Part shown: one piece after another, positions 39,767-52,909 of the stretch
Position numbering within the stretch: the first letter of the stretch is position 1
Layout of the letters: each line of letters begins with the position of its first letter
Made by a program: the position numbers and the translations under genes
The notes under the pieces: model-generated
The model's input: only the letters and a program-made list of their open reading frames with translations
Told to the model about the DNA's origin: nothing
The model's database searches: none
NCBI RefSeq assembly: GCF_000150275.1
Contig: NW_002060962.1
Coordinates: 372,001 to 436,000, forward strand
DNA: 64,000 nt
Origin: Trichoplax adhaerens
Lineage: Eukaryota; Animalia; Placozoa
Direction: 5' to 3'

Positions 39767-41879
39767 TTATACTAGTTTAGCTCTATGCATTTTGCAAAAC
39801 AAAACGGCAACTATTATTAATAATACTCCAGATATTCCAGCCAGAACAAATGTGGCAATCATGTATGTAGATTCCGAGGAATGGGATTCTTGCAGAGTAG
39901 TGATATTAGTTGGAGTCATTGTAGAATGAGTAGCTTGAATAGAAAGTTGAGGAAGGTACTGATTCCAAAAGGCTGCTTGTGTTGCAAAAAAATTATTTTT
40001 AACTTGGAAATTAGGAGCAATCCATAAGTACTTTTTTGTGTCTTGTGTATACTCCGGCCATGTGATGGGAGAACTTAAATCTGTTGGATTTCTATGGAAA
40101 AGAATAATAAACCAGAGAAATAAGTTAAACATTAATAAGAATAGAGTGTTAAAACTGACTTTCGCCAATTTATATTCCTTGTTGGCCATACTAGCAAACT
40201 GAACATTTCCCATATATAAATGCTTAATATATTTGCAGCTAATACACATTCTGTAAATGACAAAATTACGCTATAAATAACTATAATTTATCTATTACTG
40301 ATATTGCCTTTGTTAGTGATAGTATAATTACAGTAGTTTAAACTATCTTTACTTACCCATTCCGGACAAAATTACCCCAATACGACATCATATGTCTGCT
40401 TAATTCTTGTTCTTCGGCGTTAAATGTTGTCGGAAATCCGGCTGGATTATCGACAGGATAACCGAAAACATAAGGTACTTCCATAGTATGAGTTATCTTT
40501 AGATAAGCTGGTCGGTACGTCCCACTAGTACGATGAGCAAATATATAGTTAAAAGTCGGTACATATCGAGAAAATTGATCTGCATAATACTCGTTAGGTA
40601 TAGCAAAGACGAAATCGTTAAATAATTCTCCATATTGATCTCGATTCGATATCGGCGAATTAAAATTAGACCAATTTGTATACTGATATTGTATCGATAA
40701 TTTTACACGTTGACTTGCAAACGGAAAGGCGTTGTTAGTAATAGCTATGAAACCTTGACGTGGTATTCCTTGTGCAATACTTCCGGGATTAGGTAAACCA
40801 AGAAGACCGAAATAGCCATCATTTAATGTAGTACCCATCATAATACTAACTTTATGAAATCTTCCCGCTGGTATAGCTGTATGTAAGGCTTCTCGTATAG
40901 TACTGGCATCAGCAACGGGAAAGCTAAGAGCAATATTATTTGATCGTTGAACAATTTGGAGACTTATTAACTGCTGTACAGTTAATGCTTGTAGACATTT
41001 GACGATTAGTGATGTTGTATTTCTTGTACAGTTAGCTGACGAAACAAATCGTTGATAAGATGTCTTGGCTACAGCAAGTGAAATTGGAAACGCGATACGT
41101 GATTGAATGAATGGTAGTGTAGCTCCGTAAGGTGCACTTTGAGATATTACACCTCTAAATAATCCCTTACTAGAAGGCATAACTACGTGGTATATAGCAG
41201 ATCCGCCGCCTGCTGAATTTCCAGCTAACGTAATAAAATCTGGGTTACCTCCAAAATTTTCAATATTATCTTTAACCCATTGTAATGCTAAACTTTGATC
41301 TTTTAAACCATTATTAGCTAGTATAGCTCTTTTAGCAATGTCTTCTTCGCCGGATGTCATAAAACCTAGAATACCTATTCGATAGTTAATAGTAACTACG
41401 ACGATACCTTCATTGGCAGCTAAGATTTGACCAGACCATCGCGCCCCTGAACCGCTATCGTATCCACCGCCATGGATATACACCAATACAGACATATTGC
41501 CAGCACTAGAAGGATTGGAAGTAAATATATTTAGGTATAAACAGTCTTCGCTAGTTTTACTGGCTAGTGAGTTGGGTTCAATATAAAAGTTTATCGGAAG
41601 TCTTTGCGGACAACTGTATTGATATTGAGTAGTATTTAAGACGCCATTCCAAGATTTGACTGGTACAGGCGGTTTAAATCGTAATTCATTAATAGGTGGT
41701 TGAGCGTATGGAATACCGCGATAGGTGAATTGAGTTCGACCGTTCGTTATAATCGTTTTCCCACTAACTAAACCGTTTTTCGTAGGAATAATAAGTTGTG
41801 CATTCGAAAATGGCATTACAATTGCCAACACTATAATAAAGCATGCTAAGATTTGAAATATATGATGTTTTAGAGCCAT
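39767..41879 (-). CDS. Membrane-anchored carboxylesterase 6 (exons 41879-40357, 40091-39767; ~615 aa)
   Basis: YIHGGG, GNSAG, TLNDG, KITHTME; intron RNG|NP; TM FVLAGISGVLLIIVAVLFC. Confidence 0.9.
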
Positions 41880-42876
41880 GACGAAAGCGTCGTTACTCGG
41901 ACGATTTGATTACGCTTGTGTAGTTCAATTTGACTGAACTCTAGCTAGAATCCTTCTACTTATAATATTAATTAATTTAATTCGATTTATTACGACAGGT
42001 AGTACCTTATATCAATAATTTGTGAACTTTGCTACTTCAACAAATAGTAGTTGTTATAGTGGGTGTGGTCAGCAATATGGTTTCCCTTTAAACAATAAGC
42101 ATTTAAATCGCGCAGCCGCTATCGCAGTTGTTCTTGGACTTATTGTTGCCGTATGGAAACAATAGAGTTTATACCAGAAGCATTTAAGTCAAGAATTATA
42201 TACTAGTACGCAGAATCGCCTAGATGGGGCGTTGTCAATCGATTGTAGTTACTTCCTGTTATATGAGTACAGTATATTCGAGAATAGCGTTTATGATAAT
42301 GATTGACAAGCTAAATTATTTTCCTGATCGCTAAAATTGATATATACAGATTCATAGTAGCCAATAAATACAGTAAACGATACTGTATCTGTGTCTGTAA
42401 AGTTAACGAATATAAGGAACACTATAATTTCGAGTGTTAGCTACAAATAGGATATTACGAGTATGACCTAAAATCTTGAAATGCCGTACATTAAAATTGA
42501 TACATACGACATTTGCAATCGTAATAATCAAGACATATAACAAGAAATATCTTAAGCGCATAAAAATTATGAAACACAAGCAGCCGTATGAATTCTAAAC
42601 AGAAGCTAAAACCTGAGATATGAAGGCCTATCAGTAACTCTTAAAATATGTAGACCGAGATACCAGTAATATCAGCTGCAATTAAGATACAGCATAATAT
42701 TATAAAACAAATAGCACTGTTTAAAAATATTCCAGTGCTTATTGATACCTTGAGATTAATAATGAAGGACAATATGGTAGTGAATGTAGCAAGTTAACGA
42801 CAAGTTACTACATATCTCAGTTAGCCATTTGCAAATTTAAATATCAAAACAGATCCCCTTTCTAGCATTATCACTG

Positions 42877-43150
42877 CTAGTCGAGTACCCGTTCAAATGA
42901 ACGGGAACGTATACTGCACAACACGTTATACCGAACAAAATTCAGAGCTAGGTTATTAGACCATGTATGAATCCTTCTTAGTGCGAGATAGCTAGCTTAC
43001 AAATAAACCTGAGTCGAGGGCGGGATGCGGGTTAAGAATTCTTATAATGATACAGTGTTTGTATATCAATTACACTCATTCCGGGTTAGAAAATCAACAA
43101 TTTGATCAAGTTTTATCCGGTTCGCGTTGCATTTTCACTCCATTTAAGGA
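42877..43150 (-). mobile_element. Second, shorter copy of the Helitron-like element, inverted
   Basis: The minus strand starts tccttaaatggagtgaaaatgcaac, shares aattcttaacc.g.atcccg.cctcga.tc.ggttt with 28172-28207, and ends with hairpin cccgttca-tt-tgaacggg followed by tactcgaCTAG. Confidence 0.55.
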
Positions 43151-46100
43151 CTCTACTGTTAATAAAGGTATCCAATTTTTGTTCTTTATTCTAAGTTATT
43201 AGAAGGAACTTAAACATCATACGATTCTTTGTATCAGCCTAATACACGAAAAACTTCGCTATCGATTTACTACCCTCATACTAAAATGTATTAGTAAGAG
43301 AAAAGCCCATAAAATGATATACGATCGTATATTTAGCGTTTATTGGATGGACAAAATGAGATACGTAACAGGAGTAACATTTCTTTTCATAATTTAAAAA
43401 AACAGAATGTTCGTATATGTTGTATCGATAACCTATAGCACGTTTAATCTGAATCTTTCGTGTTATTGCAAGAATAAATTAACGGTAGACTATGAATTTT
43501 AGTTCAAGATTAGTCTTTGCAAACTCAACATTGAATACTTAAGCATAGTTATAGTAATTTAATTTCAGTCTAACCAGATGCAGTATAAAATTCGCAATAC
43601 CTGAGTATAATATGTACTTTGTCCTTGATTCATGTAAAAGTTTACTTATAACATATCGCATACAATTAAACTGAGATAAGTTAATAAGTTGTATCGATAA
43701 CACCTTTAATTGTTATCTCGTAGTAATTAATTGTACGTATACGCGATGAATTAAAATTTAGGTCAAGCTTCTCAGTATAAATATTGTTTAAGTCCATTAT
43801 ACTACGCTAACACTAGCTAATATAACATTAATTTACTTGATTTGATTTCACTATTTTATTTATAGATTCATTATTATACTTGATGTTACTTAACTAAACT
43901 TGCCTAATCTAAATTAATTTAGATTACCCTAGATAAGTAACAATGACTGAGAAATGCACTTTCAGAATCTTCTAACTATATCTTTATTCTCGAAAATGCA
44001 AGTCTAATTTAATATTCAAAATCAATCATTTAAATAGTTATTCTAGCCATAAAACCGGTTTACGATGTGTGATATATTTCGACCAATAAGACTTCGAGAA
44101 TACATTAAATTATTCCTAGTCTAAAGAGTATTGCTCGTTATCGCAGATAGATGCGTGTGTTTTTCCTTAACACGGTAAAATTTATAACTATTTCCAACGT
44201 TTAGATCGGAAATAAAGTAGCTATTAATGTCGTATTGCTCTCAATACATATGTATGCGTATTCCTTAGCAATTCCATACATGTATTATAAGATCATAGAT
44301 TCCTAAAATTCCTAAAATTACTGTCTGCAAAAGTTTAGGTGTCTATCATATGGCACATTATTGTAGTATAGTAATTCATACCCCTGCTCTACCTCTACGA
44401 TCATAAATACGAATGTCAATGACTACGCTGGCAGATATACGTAATACCTCGCAGTACCTGGCACAAAGCAAATAATGATCCAATAAGATTTTAATGTACG
44501 TGTAGTGATGTACTCATATTTGATTATACGGATAGCTATGTTTGATATAGTTAGGTTACTTTGAATAGATATTATCGTGAAGCTAATATTAAATGATTGC
44601 TAACTACTATACTAGAAATTGCTGATGACTAATAGTAGCCACTTGACTAATTATGGTACAAGATTTATGTAGCTAGAAATACTGTAGCTGTTAAGATGCC
44701 CTTCGGAGAAAGGGGCTAGACGTTAATAGAAGAGTAGTGACATCTTAAGTAGAATGATTTAGATTTTAGAAAATAATGATGTACTATTTGAGAAAAGGAT
44801 TTAGTTTGATGACTCATATCTGATTGTAGATTTATCAAATTGTCATAAATGGATTTAACTAAATGTATATAAGAACTGCAGAGATGAACTCACGAGGCAA
44901 AGAGATTTCACTTCGCTTTGAGCTCGGAATACCTTAGATTTTAGACTAGATTCTTGTAGTAATTAATTATCTCTCTACTATTCCTAAAATATTGTAATAA
45001 AAGCCTTTTAGAAAATACCATTTGACTAAGATAGTTATTGTGAGACGCATTTATTATGTTGCGCTATATAAGATCTCTGTAATTCAATATTCTGCGGAGT
45101 TAAGATCGCAATACTGGTAGCGTGAGCTAAGAAAAACAATAAGGTTATCTAATATGCAATACGCGTATACCGATAATTAATATTCAAGATACTATAAGTT
45201 AAGCATTCGTTACGGCTAGGACATAATTTGGATTAAATTTATCGACAAAATTGAATTTTTAGTTCATATAAAAACATCATACTAAATACCGGCTACGACA
45301 CTATCAATAGAACAAATGGTTGTAAGTAGTAGCAAAGAGCTGTTAATACTAAAATTGTTAAATGTGACAATCTATATTGTGTGTAGCATGAAAGATTATA
45401 ACTAGTGCATATTTATTTAAAAACAAACTAAATCATAATCTTAATACACTGCAATATCTCTAACTTCCTAACTTAAAATGAAGCTAAAGATTATTGTAAT
45501 ATCTCTTATAAATCCATATACCGCAAATATCGAATCGTCGTCAATTATTTTCATAGCCTTTAGTAGTGTAATTATCATAAGTATTGTTTTCATTTTATGA
45601 AACAGTATTTACCATAAATTTTTTGGTAAGGGATCACTTTTGTTTAATCTACTGTTCAAGAAGTAATATTAAAGAATTACATGAGGCAAATGATTGATAA
45701 AGTTTTTGCTACTAAGATTAGCTGGAGAACTTATTTATTTTATATAGTAACGTGATAGATAATTATATTTAAACGATTTCATTATTTCGTATAGGACCAC
45801 CATCCTCCATATCAACTATAGGATATGCAAGTGTTTACTTGCGATATGCCAATCTAAACAGTATTTTCATATTCTATTTACGATCAAGAAAGCCGACATG
45901 TTTAACTATTTAAATTAAGAATGTATCATTATTTACTTATAGATCTATTTTACTTACAAATTTCGCTTCATCGAACTATAAATTTTGGATACGTAATTTA
46001 AATTTTATTATTAATCTCGCGAATTTATTACGAACGTTATATCGTGTTCATTAACACTATCGATGATATGAATTAATTATAATAACGTAAAAATCAACAT

Positions 46101-46230
46101 GAATGATACATCCATCTTGCTAAAAGTTACTAGGTATGAGTGTGTAAGCAAGGATAGGCATCAATTTTGGCTCATGTTAGTAATAACAAACGAAATACCT
46201 TTAATCGATACAATTAGTCGAGAAGTTCTA

Positions 46231-47130
46231 TTAAATATTGTATAAATAGAATTCGTAAACATTAAATAATCTGTGACGTTGCATTTTGGTGCAATCAGCT
46301 ACCGAACTAAATCGTTGAAAAACAATCTTAGCTCTAGCTAATGTCTGTGATAAATACGTTCTCGATTTAATGTATGGTAGAAGTATTCCATAAGGTCCAC
46401 TTTGAGAGATTACGCTTCTAAATAATCCTTTACTGGAAGGCATCACTAGATAACAGATAGCAGATGAACCTCCTGCGGAATTTCCAGCTATCGTAATAAA
46501 GTTTGGGTTACCTCCAAAACTTTCGATATTTTCCTTTACCCATTGTTATGCTAAACTATGATTTTGTAGACTAAGATTCGCTGGAATATTTCTTTGATTA
46601 CTACCTTCTTCGCCGGATGACATAAAACTTAAAACATTTATTCGATAATTAATAGTAACTACGACGATACCTTAATTAGCAGCTAATATTTGACCAGGCC
46701 ATTATGCTCCTGAACGATTGCATATCCGCCACCGAGGATGAAGACTAACACGGACATATTCCTAGCTATAGAAGGATTCGAGATAAAGATATTTAGAGAT
46801 AGACAATCTTCATTAATTCGACTCCTAAGTGATTTTGGATCAGTAAAAAGGACTGGAAGTTACTAGAGGCAACTGTATTGATATTCTGTAGCGTTTAAGA
46901 CGCCTCTCCAAGATTCTACTGGCACTGGTGGTTTAAATCGTAATTGATTAATGGGTAGTTGGGCGCAAGGAATACCAAGATAAGTGAATTGAGTTAAATC
47001 ACTAGTTAGAACTGTTTCCTCGCAATATAGCCGTTCTTTGTAGGAATGATAAGATGAGCATTAGAAATAGGGCATACTAAACCCACAATTGCAATAAAAG
47101 ATGCCAGCAATGGAGATATTTTAGGGCCAT
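46231..47130 (-). pseudogene. Carboxylesterase pseudogene of the copy 6/7 subfamily; 5' half only
   Basis: Recognisable fragments LGIPCAQLPINQLRFKPPVPV, QYSCL**LPV, NEDCL, SLA*QWVK and GNSAGG...MPSSKGLF, with frameshifts and in-frame stops. No 3' half or exon 2 was found. Confidence 0.88.
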
Positions 47131-48035
47131 AACGAAAATCAATACTAAATACGACACGAATTTAGTAAGCGTATGCTACTGCAGATGTGGTAGAGATATT
47201 GACTACGTGGAATTCTCTTAGCACTATCATTAGTGAACTTAATTTAGAATCATTACGTAAATACATCAACAAATTTTGAGCTACATGCTACTTCAGTGAA
47301 CGATAAGGAACGTTGCTTATGACACAGTTAGCAGAATAGCTTTGTCTAGAAGTATGTTTGTTGCTACCAAGATTATCGGTTAAGGAGGACGTTGGACTCA
47401 TTATATTTATTTAGTTTTCAGATGAAAGTAATGTCAATTTTCAACGTACTTGTCCATCAATTGAATGACTACAGTCTCATTATTTAATTATTAAATCTTG
47501 CAAATATGCAATCACAATAATAGACAATAGAGTATAAGCTTGAATGATAATTGTGTAATCAATTTTCATTATTATTAAGTAAATTATCGTTGAGAAATCA
47601 ATAATAGATATTTATATGAAAGAGCATGAAGCCAAACAGATTTATCTTAAAAGATAAATGCAGGTGGCTACGATGTAATCTAAGCAACAGAAGTTATAAG
47701 ATTTTAATATGTATGCGTATCATAAATTTTCATTAATGCTAAAAAATTTATTAGAGATCAAGGGGAAAATTTAGTAGGCTATATAACTGATAATACATCT
47801 ATTGTATCTATTACGTATGTGGATTTAGTAATAGGTTTAAATCTTAGCTCAAGTTAGTAATATCACACCGAACTAAAAATAACAATCTCTATTAAATGTG
47901 AAGATATAATTTATTACGATCTGGTACTTAACTTTAGTAATTTGGAGTGTATAAATAAATCTTAATGAATAGCATAGCGCAATAAAACTGTCATTACTGT
48001 TGAAGGTTGATTATAAATAGAATTTTTATATTGTA

Positions 48036-50153
48036 TTACTTAACATATATACATTTTGCTCTATTAACTTTACAAAATAAAATCATAGCTATTATTAATA
48101 GAATTCCAGATATTCCTGATAGAGCAAATGTAGCAATCATGTATGCAGATTCCGAAGAATGCGGCTTCTCTACTGTGGAAGCATTTGTCGGAGCTATTGT
48201 AGAATAAATAGTTTGTGAAGCGAGTTGAGGAAGATACTGATTCCAAAAGGCTGAATTTGCGGCAAGATAATTACTTTTAATTTGGAAATTGGGAGCAATC
48301 CACAAGTACTGCCTTGTATCTTGTGTATATTTAGGCCACATGATAGGAGAACGTAGGTCTGTCGGATTTCTGTAGAAAATAATGTAAGAAGTTAATAGAA
48401 TTTCTCTAATGTAATTTTAGTTAACGGTGCTGTATTGGAAGATGATAATTTGCATAAATTTATAGGCTATGCTGGTTATACTCAAAGAATAAATGTTTTA
48501 GGAATAGAACGTTATATAAACTAACAATTTCTTTCAATTTTAAAAGCAATGCCTAAAGGCTTAGCTGAATTATTTATATTTTATTACACAGAAGCAAGCA
48601 ACTAACTCCATAACAACGCAGCTCCAGCTGTAAGTTACTCACCCTTCTCGGATAAAACTACCCCAATACGAAAGAACATGTCTGCATAAGGTTACTTCTT
48701 CAGCATTAAATGTTGATGGATATTCGGATGGCTTATCAAGAGGATAACCTAACATATATGGTATTTCCATGGTATGTGCTACTTTTACGTAAGATGGCTG
48801 CCATGTACCACTAGTACGATGAGCAAATATATATTTATATGTAGGTACAAATCGAGACAACTGATCGGCATAATATATATTAGGAATAGCAAAGACGAAG
48901 TCGTTGAATAATTCTCCATATTGATCTCGATTTGATATCGGTGAATTGGCATTACTCCAATTAGTATATCGATACTGTATAGATAATTTTACGCGTTGGC
49001 TTGCAAAGGGAAAAGAATTATTAGTAGTAGATATAAAATTTTGGCGCGGTATTCCAGTTACAGCATTAGGCATAGAAGGAAGCCTGAAATAGCCATCATT
49101 TAACGTTGTACCCAACATAATATTAACTTTATGAAATCTTCCTGCTGGTATAGCTGTATGTAAAGCTTCTTGTACATTGTTACCATCAGCAACAGGAGAT
49201 GTTAAAATACGATTTCTTGGTCGTAAAGTACTTTGAATATTTAATAACTGTTGTACAGATAAAGTCTTTAAGCACTCGACGATCTTTGATGTTGTATTTT
49301 TCGTACAGTTCGCTAATGAACTAAATTGCTGAAAAGATATCTTAGCTCTGGCCAAAGTATCCGGCATTGATGTACCCGATTTAATGTATGATGGTATGGT
49401 TCCATAAGGTCCACTTTGAAGGATTGCACCTCTGAATAATCCTTTACTAGAAGGCATCACTAGATGATACATAGCGGATAAGCCACCTGCTGAATTTCCA
49501 GCTATGGTAATAAAATCTGGGTTACCTCCGAAATTTTCAATATTATCTTTTACCCACTGCAATGCTAAACTTTGATCTAGCAGGCCAAGATTAGCTTGAA
49601 TAGCTCTTCGAGCACTATCTTCTTCACCTGATGTCATGAAACCTAGTACACCTACTCGATAATTAATAGTAACTACAACGATATTTTCATGAGCAGCTAA
49701 AATTTGACCTTGCCATTGTGATCCTGAACCAAGCACATATCCACCGCCATGGATGTAAACTAACACTGACATATTTGCAACATTAGAAGGATTAGAGGTA
49801 AATATATTTAGATATAGACAGTCTTCATTAATTTGACTACTTGGTGATTTGGAATCAGTAAAACGTATTGGGAGTCGTTGAGGGCAACTAGACTGATATT
49901 GTGTAACATTTAAGACGCCTTTCCAAGACTTTACCGGTACAGGTGGTTCAAATCGTAATTGATTAATAGGAGGTTGAGCATAAGGAATACCAAGGTAGGC
50001 GAATTGAGTTAAGCTATTCGTTTTAATGGTTGTTCCCGTAACAAAACCGTAATTAGTAGGAATAATAAGTTGAGCATTAGAAATGGGAGACACTATGGCT
50101 ATTATTATGGCGAAGGATATCAAAATATTAGATACAAAAAATTGTACAGCCAT
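48036..50153 (-). CDS. Membrane-anchored carboxylesterase 7 (exons 50153-48643, 48369-48036; ~614 aa)
   Basis: YIHGGG, GNSAG, TLNDG, KVAHTME; intron REG|NP; TM FALSGISGILLIIAMILFC. Confidence 0.9.
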
Positions 50154-50519
50154 GATGAAAAAATAATATCATATACGAATTTGATACAGCACACGTACGC
50201 TGCTAAATACTGCGTGACCAAACTGGTTTATATGCGCAGTAGAATTTTACTAATAATAGCAATTGGAAAGTGTCATTGAATGTTATGTTTAAAAGTATGT
50301 ATATCCATAAACCATGCGCGTTATGCTGGCTTGGTAAATGATAATTATTAATGTTGTCGTGGGTGTACTTGGCAATACGGTTAAGTACGAGAGCGTGGTT
50401 AATATAATCAATATTTCCATTTTAGCAATGACATTGACAATTCGTTGCATTTTTTTAGCATGATTACAATAAAAAATAATGGTGGCTTTTCATAATGGCG
50501 GCAAATTAAATGATTATTG

Positions 50520-51030
50520 CCGTTTTTTAATAAATAAGGAAATCTATTTTATGATCAATCTTTATAATTAGAAATTGTGCAAAGAATGTATAAATTAGCT
50601 ATGTCGGAAATACTCCATGAAGTCATGACCTCGCGAAATATGTTGGTAAAAATGATAGCTAACGTCATTTATGCGATTTACAGGGCATAAAACTTATAAT
50701 TCTAAACTGAACTCCCGAGTAGAATATATGAATATTACAATCTTTGCCTATTAATAGTTAGTATGATATCGGAGCTACTGTACATTAATTATTGTGGCCT
50801 TGTTAATAAATAAGGAAATCTAACTTATGATCAATCTTAAGAATTAAAAATTCCCCCAAAATGCATAAACTAGGAATGCCGGAAATATTTCCTTGCAGCC
50901 ATATCTTCGCGAAATTTGTTGTTTAAGTGATTTACAGGCATAAAGCTTACAGTTTTAAACTGAGCTACTAACTAGAATATTATAATCGTTATTGTTAATG
51001 GTTAGAATTTTGTCGGAGCCACTGTTCATA
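50520..51030. repeat. Degenerate tandem duplication, ~280-bp unit
   Basis: ttaataaataaggaaatcta...tatgatcaatctt...tcgcgaaat.tgttg...gatttacagg(g)cataaa.ctta...taaactga at ~50527 and ~50803. Confidence 0.8.
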
Positions 51031-52909
51031 AAAATGTTGTAATTTATGCTGGCTTTATTCTACTGATAAAGGTAGTATCATGGAAAGATAATTGCCGTAG
51101 GCATTTTTATTTCATTGATTTGTCTCGCCATTCCTGCTCAAATATTCTACTTTCTAATTTAAGAGCATTAAATTGAATAGATACCGATTTTAAAGTGATA
51201 TAGGATTTAATCATAATATTAATTTTAGCCAGTGATGGCAACAGCGTTTATGGGCCGGTATAGAATTAATAAAAATATTTTATGTTTTACTTATTCATCG
51301 GTAATTTTCCACGTTGCCCGCACGATGTGTTAGAGTATTTACTACGATTGATGTGCTTTATTATTTCGAATACATTACTTTAAAATGGAACTAATGTAGA
51401 TCTACCATTTAGCTTCTAAATAAAACTAGCCTTGCTTGATTTCTCCTGCCAGTAGCTAAATAGTTGCAATCACTTGTACTCATATATGATACAAAAGTAT
51501 AGACCCTTAAATTTAGCAGTCTGCTAGAGAACTGAGGATACCGGGCAAGGATATATTTACTAATTCAATTTATAACTATTACCAATTCCTATGCAAGCTA
51601 ACGAGCGGATGAAAATTGAACGATCCTAGATCATAAAAACCTAAACTATCGACATCTTTTTGTTGTTAACTTCTTTAGTCATCTTATTTATTCGCTATGA
51701 AACTAATAATTGTAGCTTAGCTTAAAGCAAATTTCCCAAAAAAAGTCTTACTTTTGCTTTTCTGTAGGTTACATACTGCATAAATGGGAATTCTCTCATT
51801 AAATAATGTAATTCGCCAAGAGCTGTAATGAAACGATTACAGTGTCTTTGATCTTCTAATGTATTTTAGTTAGTGACACAAAGCAAATCCATGAAATGTT
51901 CTATTGCAAACCATATTTTTAAACTTGAGATAAAGATTTTATTTCCTTATTATCAATAAGCGCTAACTTCAATGCTACACTTTACAGTAGTTATCCAAAA
52001 TGATATGCAAAAAAACCATAAAACGCTCCATCGTGCTATAACAATCTATACAATAATTATAATATAGACGAATAGATTAATACATTTGTAGAAAATTGAT
52101 TGCATAGGTAATGCAAACGAATAATATCTTGCACTGATTGCTATCATTTTAGCGGATTTTAATTGTACGATATTGTGCAGTGCATCAAGACCTAGTCAGA
52201 TTTAGCCACAAGTCTTGTATGATCAATATGATACATTATAGATTGCATGATTTCCAATGTTCCTGGCAAATTTTGCCAGCCTTAACTCTAAATTTTAAAA
52301 TTACCGATACTCAATATATGAAAGAGAAAGTTTAAATCATGTTCATTTTTGATTGTGTAATAATCCATTTGTGCAGCATTCTCAGAATTAAAATGAATTC
52401 AATGTTGAACTAGATACTTCATAGACTTTATAAGATAAAATTTGGAGCAATAATATTTAGTAAATATATCCAAAACTTTCAACATCCAAAATGGAACAAT
52501 TTTAAAAATAACTGAAGTAAAATAAAATAAACTGGCTTGACTGTGTTATCGTCTGTTGCCTTCAAGTAAAATTTAACTTCATTGCTTGCGTATTACCAGA
52601 TTTACAAGATACGAATGATTTTAAGGTATTAATTTTAGATAGAGATTTGTAAAGTTAAGCTAAGGACAATTCTAGGCTTGATAGATAGTATTGTTTCAAT
52701 ATTAAAATTGAAAGATTTGAAATTTTCAAATTAAGACGATCTTTAACTCTAGAGAATATCTTATTCACAGGATCCATATGGCTATTATATATTTCAGAAA
52801 ATGTGATGATTTAATATATCGTATATTACTATAGAATCTGTACGATCTTTGTAAGCGCCTTTTATAGGACAAGTAATTATAGTTATGAAGTAATTAAAGA
52901 ATAGTGCGA

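Noticed and set aside
40092-40249. N-terminal hydrophobic part of ORF 39767..40249
   Set aside because: It is intronic; the true exon starts at the AG acceptor at 40091.
8571-50153. Calling these acetylcholinesterases
   Set aside because: There is no FGESAG, no Glu triad acid, and no conserved MWNPN choline-binding loop.
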